Part shown: positions 57,048 through 62,180 of the stretch, piece by piece
Position numbering within the stretch: position 1 is the stretch's first letter
How the letters are laid out: each line of letters opens with the position of its first letter
The notes under the pieces: generated by a model
What the model was told of the DNA's origin: nothing
What the model saw: only the letters and a program-made list of their open reading frames with translations
Databases searched by the model: none
Made by a program: the position numbers and the translations under genes
NCBI GenBank assembly: GCA_017481225.1
Contig: JAFUPM010000058.1
Span: 1 to 62,180, forward strand
Direction: 5' to 3'
Origin: Clostridia bacterium
Lineage (GTDB): Bacteria > Bacillota > Clostridia > Oscillospirales > CAG-272
Length of the DNA stretch: 62,180 nt

Positions 57048-57085
57048 AGCGGATGCTTTTTACCGAAAGGTATTTAGCATCCGCT
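57048..57085 (-). terminator. Terminator of the alpha/beta-hydrolase gene (also usable from the + side)
   Basis: The stem pairs AGCGGATGCT (57048..57057) with AGCATCCGCT (57076..57085). On the minus strand it is followed by UUUUUCUUUU. Confidence 0.65.
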
Positions 57086-57152
57086 TGCTTTGTTATATAA
57101 TTGATTTACCGCAAGCAACCCACAAGAAAGCCGGATAATTACACAAAAACGT

Positions 57153-58163
57153 TCAGTTAATCATTTCGTGAATTTTTCCCCACAAAAGGTCCGCATAGTT
57201 ATAATGGCCGCCGTCTCCCCAAACCAAAGCGCAAGAGTCCGAAGCGTCAGCTTGCTTGTATAGCTTTTGTATAGCCTCAAAGGTTTTTTTCGTACCTTCT
57301 CCCGGGAAAATGGGGTCCTCTCTGCCGGCAGCAATAATCAGCTTACGAGGAGCTATAAGACCGGCAAGATCGCTCATTTCAAAATATTTTCTAATCGATG
57401 GAATATGATTGCACATACAGTGAGGCATCGCGGCAATGGAATACTCATAGTTACATATAGAGCAGGAAGGGGCAGCAACAGTAATTCTCTCGTCTAAGCA
57501 AGCAAAATAATACGTTGCCGTTCCACCGCCCGAATTACCCGTACAAACAATATCCCCTTTTTCTATTATTTCAAAGGTATCAAGAACAGCATCAAGAATA
57601 CGCATAGCATCCCATACACGCTCACCGATTACGGTTCTTCCTGATAAAATTGCAATTTTAGCCGCCTCTGTACAGCTGGTACCGTAGCCTTCAATGCTGC
57701 TTTCTCCGAAATTTCTAGCCTCAATAACCAACGCGGCGCGTCCTTCTTTTATTGCCCGCGGAGCCATTGCTCTGTGAGGCCATTCTTCGAGACTCATCTT
57801 ATCCTTTTCGGTTTTCGCAACACCAAGTGCAATATGCATACCGGCGCCGTGGCCGCTGAGGCAAACGGTCAGAGGTATCTTTCCGTCTTTGTTCTTCGGT
57901 ATAAGTAAATGACACGGAACGTAATACCCGGGCTCGGTTTGCACCGTAAACCTATACTCGGTGCAATCCTCTTTTTCCTTTGTATACTCAATTTTCAAGT
58001 CAGCCTCGCACGCTTCAAGAGGAAGGCCTAAAAGATCACGCAGCTTTTCTCGGGCGCCCCTTTGCCAATCGGCAAAGTTTTGCGTAGAATCATAAGCGAG
58101 TTTAGGCGTAGTAGCGCAAAACATTTTATATTCATACGAATGGCTATCAAACAACTTGTTCAT
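57153..58163 (-). CDS. Alpha/beta-hydrolase, carbohydrate-esterase-like
   Basis: The ORF is 336 aa with the nucleophile elbow GNSGGG. No signal peptide is present. Confidence 0.6.
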   Translation of the reverse strand: MNKLFDSHSYEYKMFCATTPKLAYDSTQNFADWQRGAREKLRDLLGLPLEACEADLKIEYTKEKEDCTEYRFTVQTEPGYYVPCHLLIPKNKDGKIPLTVCLSGHGAGMHIALGVAKTEKDKMSLEEWPHRAMAPRAIKEGRAALVIEARNFGESSIEGYGTSCTEAAKIAILSGRTVIGERVWDAMRILDAVLDTFEIIEKGDIVCTGNSGGGTATYYFACLDERITVAAPSCSICNYEYSIAAMPHCMCNHIPSIRKYFEMSDLAGLIAPRKLIIAAGREDPIFPGEGTKKTFEAIQKLYKQADASDSCALVWGDGGHYNYADLLWGKIHEMIN

Positions 58164-58205
58164 TTCTCACCTAAGGTCAAATTATAGTGCTTTTAAAGCA
58201 CTTAT

Positions 58206-58234
58206 ATTATATATCAGCAGAAAAAAGTTGTCAA
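58206..58234 (-). promoter_or_regulatory. Consensus promoter of the esterase gene
   Basis: On the minus strand, TTGACA (58234..58229) is followed by 17 nt and then TATAAT (58211..58206). Confidence 0.6.
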
Positions 58235-58435
58235 GTGAATCACGCCGAAAACGAGAATTAAGAAAGACTCCGCGAGCAATATTATCGCAGGCTCAATCCC
58301 CGAAGCTCTCAAAGAGTTTGTCGCAAAATGCTTTCTTAAAATTTCGCCCCAAAAATCAAAAAATTCTTGCAAAAATGCCTTTAGGGGTCAAAATGACAAC
58401 TTTATTTTGCATCTTATACAACATTCGCGTAAAAA

Positions 58436-59305
58436 TTAACAAAGCAGAGCTATGGCAATTGCGCCGAGAACAACGCCTAACCACTGCCACCAATTCATCC
58501 TTTCCTTGAATATAACGATTGAGAATATACTACTTACGGCAAGCGAGCCTATCATAAGAACGGGATATACAATATTAGCCGAAAGAAGAGCCGCAAGTTT
58601 TATAACAAAAAGATTCTGAAGAAAATTGAAAGCTCCGCAGAGAATCGGTACGTACCAAGACCCCTTAAGTATTTTTTTCGTATCGGTTTTATCGCTTTTA
58701 AGATATACGAAAAGACATACCGCAAAGCTCACTGCTGTGGCAACCGTCATAAAGAAATCGCCATAGGCAGAGTCAAAATCAAGCTGTTGAGTTCTTTGTG
58801 TTATTGTACCTACAGAATTTCCCACAAAGAAAAGTAAAATGTATAAGATCCACCTTGCACTTATTTTCTTTTTTTCTCCCTCTCCAACCTTACCCGTATA
58901 GAGGCAAAGCACAAGCGCAACAATTACAAGCAACAGTCCAACAATAATTGGAGCCGTTATCTCACCGCCCCAAAAAAAGAAGCCCCAGACCGTAGTGCTG
59001 ATCATAGAAAGCTGCATTATCAGAGAGGAAAGCATCATCGGTCCCTCTCTGTATGCACATATTGAGGAGAGCATAGCCGCGGTGTACCCTACGGTGAATA
59101 CCAGGGAATAGAAAATCACCGTAAAATCAAACATCGGATTCCTTAAGAACTTTATCAACCAGCAGATAAAAACGGTCCCGAGAATAAGAAGGTTATATAG
59201 CTTGGCTGTTTCCTTAAAGGATGAATTTTTTCGATTATAAAGGGTTGCTCCAATACCGTTACAGGACATAAAGATCGTTGCGGCGGCTAGTATTAAATAC
59301 GGCAT
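58436..59305 (-). CDS. Ten-helix membrane protein, DMT/EamA-like transporter
   Basis: The ORF is 289 aa and hydrophobic throughout. It ends 19 nt... (more precisely, it starts 19 nt downstream of the oxidoreductase stop) on the same strand. The family call is by topology only. Confidence 0.45.
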   Translation of the reverse strand: MPYLILAAATIFMSCNGIGATLYNRKNSSFKETAKLYNLLILGTVFICWLIKFLRNPMFDFTVIFYSLVFTVGYTAAMLSSICAYREGPMMLSSLIMQLSMISTTVWGFFFWGGEITAPIIVGLLLVIVALVLCLYTGKVGEGEKKKISARWILYILLFFVGNSVGTITQRTQQLDFDSAYGDFFMTVATAVSFAVCLFVYLKSDKTDTKKILKGSWYVPILCGAFNFLQNLFVIKLAALLSANIVYPVLMIGSLAVSSIFSIVIFKERMNWWQWLGVVLGAIAIALLC

Positions 59306-59324
59306 TTTTCTGTCTTCTTCTTTC

Positions 59325-60605
59325 TTATCCTTCGTTTACTATCCTTACGTTCTCATCAATACAAATCTCATCAAGGCAATATTTCCCACGGACGGCAGGC
59401 TCTCTGTTCTGCCATTTTCCGTTTGTAAAGTCGGGAAAATCGACAGGCATTCCTCCGCTTTTGATTGATTGCTCGGAGAGAGCGCCAACAGCAAGCCAAG
59501 TAACCGTATCGTATGCATCAATAGGAGTATTGGTTCCGTTCTTTACCGCCTCTACAAAGGCGCGGCACACAAGCCAATCCATTCCGCCGTGACCACCTCT
59601 TGCGCCCACCTTTTCATATTCGGCGTGAAGGGGGTGATCATATTTTTCGTACATTTCTTCCTCGTTGTCCCGTACGGGCTCCTCCATTCCCTCAAGGAAC
59701 ACAGCCAGACGCTCCTCGCTCATCATTCCCTTGGTACCTCTGACCGAAAAATTTCGGCTGTAATAAGCTCTCGGAACCGTGGTGTCAAGAGCGATTGAGA
59801 TAGTTTCACCGCCGGCACAGGTCATAATGGTATTTACAATATCTCCTTGCTTATAATCGATTTTGGCGTACTCGCTATCCTTTCCGAACTTCTCCTCAGC
59901 AAAAGACTTGATACCAACCGCCTTAGATGCAAAGGAAGATAGCTTAATAATGCGGTTACCGCGGTTTATACCTAAAACCTTACAGATAGGTCCGAGTTCG
60001 TGGGTGGGATAATTCTCTCTGTTTTTTTCGATGTAATGCCTGAGACGATAGTGAGTTACACCTTCAGACTTCTCATTTTCCGAAAGCATTTCGGCAAATA
60101 GCTCCATCGAATTCAGGTAATGCGAATATGCTCCGGTACAGTGAACAATCTCGCCGAACAGACCCTTTTTAACAAGATTAAGAGCTAGCATTTCGCGCCT
60201 GCCGTAGCAGCAATTTTCAAGCATCATAAGAGGAGTTCCCGTCTGCTCATAGACGGAAATAAGCTCGAAGCACTCGTCAAGAGTTTCTGCGCAACCGACC
60301 TCAATTGCCGTGTACTTGCCCGCGAGCATCGCCGCCTTTGCCATTTTGGGTCGCGAGTCCCAGCCGGTCATAATAACTACCGCGTCAATTTCCGGATCGG
60401 TAAGTATATCGTCGTAGCACTTCGTGAACTTGGGCATAGGTCTTTGGTTTTCGGCAAAAACCTTCCTTGCCATCTCGATACGCTTATCCAAACTCTCGCA
60501 TAGAACGGTTATCTCAACGTCATTCATCTTTATAAAGCAATTTTTCAAGACGTGCAGTCCCCGTCTTCCAACACCGACATACCCGATTTTTATCTTCGTT
60601 TTCAT
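59325..60605 (-). CDS. Gfo/Idh/MocA-family NAD-dependent oxidoreductase, GH109-like
   Basis: The ORF is 426 aa. It has an N-terminal Rossmann fold (IKIGYVGVGRRG) and ...EIVHCTGAYSHY. Its length fits the GH109/Gfo family. Confidence 0.65.
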   Translation of the reverse strand: MKTKIKIGYVGVGRRGLHVLKNCFIKMNDVEITVLCESLDKRIEMARKVFAENQRPMPKFTKCYDDILTDPEIDAVVIMTGWDSRPKMAKAAMLAGKYTAIEVGCAETLDECFELISVYEQTGTPLMMLENCCYGRREMLALNLVKKGLFGEIVHCTGAYSHYLNSMELFAEMLSENEKSEGVTHYRLRHYIEKNRENYPTHELGPICKVLGINRGNRIIKLSSFASKAVGIKSFAEEKFGKDSEYAKIDYKQGDIVNTIMTCAGGETISIALDTTVPRAYYSRNFSVRGTKGMMSEERLAVFLEGMEEPVRDNEEEMYEKYDHPLHAEYEKVGARGGHGGMDWLVCRAFVEAVKNGTNTPIDAYDTVTWLAVGALSEQSIKSGGMPVDFPDFTNGKWQNREPAVRGKYCLDEICIDENVRIVNEG

Positions 60606-60629
60606 AAATAAACCCCTTTATATTTTTTC

Positions 60630-60658
60630 TTGACAAAGTCATACTCTTGCTGTATACT
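60630..60658 (+). promoter_or_regulatory. Promoter of the AraC gene at 60737
   Basis: TTGACA (60630..60635) is followed by 17 nt and then TATACT (60653..60658). Confidence 0.55.
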
Positions 60659-60736
60659 AATTATAGCAAATTCAATTTCTAAAATCTATACCATTTTAGC
60701 CATTAAATATATGTTTTTAGATAGTCTGAGGATAGT

Positions 60737-61537
60737 ATGTATAATTATCATGAAGCTAAATCAACCTTTGAGATAGAGGGATTTTATACCGCTATAAAAT
60801 ACGATTGGACCGAGCCCTTCGTTTTCAACGGAGAAAGCCACGATTTTTGGGAAGCGGTATTTGTGGAATCGGGACGGGTAGATGTCACTGAGGACGAAAA
60901 TTTTTATACTCTGTCCGAAGGAAACGTTATCTTTCATGCACCTATGGAGTTCCACCGTATCAGAAGTGCTGAAGGCTCATCCCCCAAGGTCTTCGTCTTT
61001 TCCTTCAGAGCATCGGGAGAGCTTCCCGCAGCAATACGTGCAGGTGTTTTTACAGTTAATCCGTTACAAAAAAAGCTTTTCGACGCACTTCGAGACAGTG
61101 TATACGATTATGTTAACAAGGAATTGTCTGCAATTTCCGGAGAAAAAGCTACATCCTTAGTGAAGCTCTTTATTCTCGAAATAGCAAAAACCCCCGTCAT
61201 CACAGATACCGCATCCCCTCACACCGCACGGGAATATCAAAGGATAATCTCTTTTATGTCTAAAAACATTCTCGAGAACCTTACTCTTGAAGATATCGCG
61301 AGTAGAACTAATGTAAGCGTCAGCTATATGAAAATTCTCTTTAAAGCCTATGCGGGAATCAGCCCTAAAAGCTATTATAACCTGCTGCGCGTGCAAAAGG
61401 CGACAAAATTGCTGAACAAAGGCAATTCAGTAACCGAAGTCGCACTTACTATGAATTTTTCGTCTGCAAGCTACTTTTCCGCCTTCTTTAAAAGAGAGAC
61501 CGGCATACCACCGTCAAAGCAATATAGAAACTTGTAG
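60737..61537 (+). CDS. AraC-family transcriptional regulator
   Basis: The ORF is 266 aa with a cupin-like N-terminus and an AraC HTH C-terminus (LEDIASRTNVSVSYMKILFKAYAGISPKSYY...MNFSSASYFSAFFKRETGIPPSK). Confidence 0.8.
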   Translation: MYNYHEAKSTFEIEGFYTAIKYDWTEPFVFNGESHDFWEAVFVESGRVDVTEDENFYTLSEGNVIFHAPMEFHRIRSAEGSSPKVFVFSFRASGELPAAIRAGVFTVNPLQKKLFDALRDSVYDYVNKELSAISGEKATSLVKLFILEIAKTPVITDTASPHTAREYQRIISFMSKNILENLTLEDIASRTNVSVSYMKILFKAYAGISPKSYYNLLRVQKATKLLNKGNSVTEVALTMNFSSASYFSAFFKRETGIPPSKQYRNL

Positions 61538-61663
61538 AAGCTCAGGTTATAAGTAGCTCTTAACACCCACTCCAAAATTATTAAGCTTAAATCTGCTAAC
61601 CTCACTCCTTCAGTTCCTCGGCTCGGGCGGTCAAATAAAAAATGGGCTAAGCCCAAACCCCAA

Positions 61664-61800
61664 TACGCGAACCCCCAAAGCTCATGCTTTGCTTCGGGGA
61701 ACCCCTTTACGCGAACCCCCAAAGCTCATACTTCGCTTCGGGGAACCCTTTACGCGAACCCCCAAAGCTCATACTTCGCTTCGGGGAACCCCTTACAAGC
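61664..61800. repeat. Tandem 43-44 bp repeat (3 copies + partial)
   Basis: TACGCGAACCCCCAAAGCTCATACTTCGCTTCGGGGAACCCCTT starts at 61664, 61708 and 61751, with a partial unit at 61794. Each unit can form a CCCCAAAGC/GCTTCGGGG hairpin. Confidence 0.9.
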
Positions 61801-61804
61801 AGAA

Positions 61805-61846
61805 AGAGATAACAAATCGGTTCGCCGAAATGTTATCTCTTTTTCT
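61805..61846 (+). terminator. Rho-independent terminator
   Basis: The stem pairs AGAGATAACA (61805..61814) with TGTTATCTCT (61831..61840) and is followed by TTTTTCTG. Confidence 0.6.
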
Positions 61847-61850
61847 GCCT

Positions 61851-62058
61851 GTGAAGTTTTTGCTGTCGCAAAAGTGAAGTTGCTACGCAGTGAAGTTTGT
61901 GCTACGCACAAGTGAAGTTAAGTTTGCCCACTTTGCCAAAGGCAAAACTTCACTATCCGCAGGATAACTTCACTTACATAGGGGTTCCCCGAAAGGCACG
62001 AAGTGCGTTTCGGGGGTTCACGTGGTAAACTTCACTTGCCCGTAAGGGCAAACTTAGT
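61851..62058. repeat. 8-mer word array: GTGAAGTT x4 followed by AACTTCAC x3-4, separated by short GC hairpins
   Basis: GTGAAGTT occurs at 61851, 61874, 61890 and 61912. AACTTCAC occurs at 61946, 61966 and 62018, with a partial copy at ~62006. Spacers such as TTTGCC-AAA-GGCAAA, TATCC-GCA-GGATA and TTGCCC-GTAA-GGGCAA are small hairpins. Confidence 0.8.
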
Positions 62059-62107
62059 TAGCGTGTTTTTTGGGGTTCATAGCACAAAATGCAACTTAAT
62101 GAAAAAA

Positions 62108-62180
62108 TCAAGCGTCAACTCCAAACAATACTTTTTTGAAAAGCTTTTCCGTCTTTTCTTCTCCAAGAGACTTCTTGAAT
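62108..62180 (-). CDS. Possible 3' end of a minus-strand gene continuing beyond the right edge
   Basis: Minus-strand reading gives ...FKKSLGEEKTEKLFKKVLFGVDA followed by a stop at 62110..62108. Only 24 codons are visible, so no function can be assigned. Confidence 0.3.
   Translation of the reverse strand, partial: FKKSLGEEKTEKLFKKVLFGVDA

Overview
This is a 62.2-kb chromosomal segment whose gene content looks Clostridia-like (Firmicutes). That placement is an inference from RBS style and protein families, since no database search was possible. I support about 46 protein-coding genes and found no rRNA, tRNA, CRISPR array, transposase or integrase.

Gene content, left to right:
- The 5' end of a pyruvate:ferredoxin oxidoreductase gene, truncated by the window edge and absent from the ORF track.
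- A large cytoplasmic uronate/rhamnose-type glycan utilisation locus (981-14616). It holds an AraC regulator, two MFS transporters, three mosaic PL22-like beta-propeller paralogs, a GH20-like protein, a GH105 YteR-like hydrolase, a PHP protein and a TIM-barrel-like protein.
- The rhamnose catabolic genes rhaD, rhaA and rhaB with their own AraC regulator, directly abutting that locus.
- A visibly AT-rich islet carrying a BspA-type LRR lipoprotein and an XRE regulator.
- metY-metA behind a T-box leader.
- A Na/Pi cotransporter.
- A transglutaminase-like lipoprotein followed by a CopA copper ATPase that carries a C-terminal CopZ-like domain joined by a 39-bp coding repeat.
- pepF, a ZIP transporter, a NUDIX hydrolase and an ABC pair.
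- LysR plus a tryptophanase/tyrosine-phenol-lyase-family gene plus an SGNH hydrolase.
- A FAD/Rieske fusion, phosphoesterases, nagB and a MATE transporter.
- A small esterase / DMT / GH109-like / AraC locus.

The strongest candidate for an undescribed system is a two-gene operon at 47916-53269. It has its own consensus promoter and is bracketed by terminators. One gene encodes a 4-TM membrane protein with Rossmann/KTN-like modules and a RyR-like domain. The other encodes a soluble 1153-aa protein that chains Clp_N-like, ClpB-D2-type AAA+, REC-like, FtsH-type AAA+ and M41 HEAGH protease modules.

Two non-coding phenomena are also striking:
- At least eight intergenic tandem arrays, plus two in-frame coding ones, are seeded on gene 3' ends, with periods from 24 to 105 bp.
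- Convergent intergenic regions carry arrays of a direct 8-mer followed by its reverse complement, separated by short GC hairpins. One such region is bounded by 47-bp inverted repeats.

All family assignments come from motif recognition by eye and need profile-HMM confirmation.
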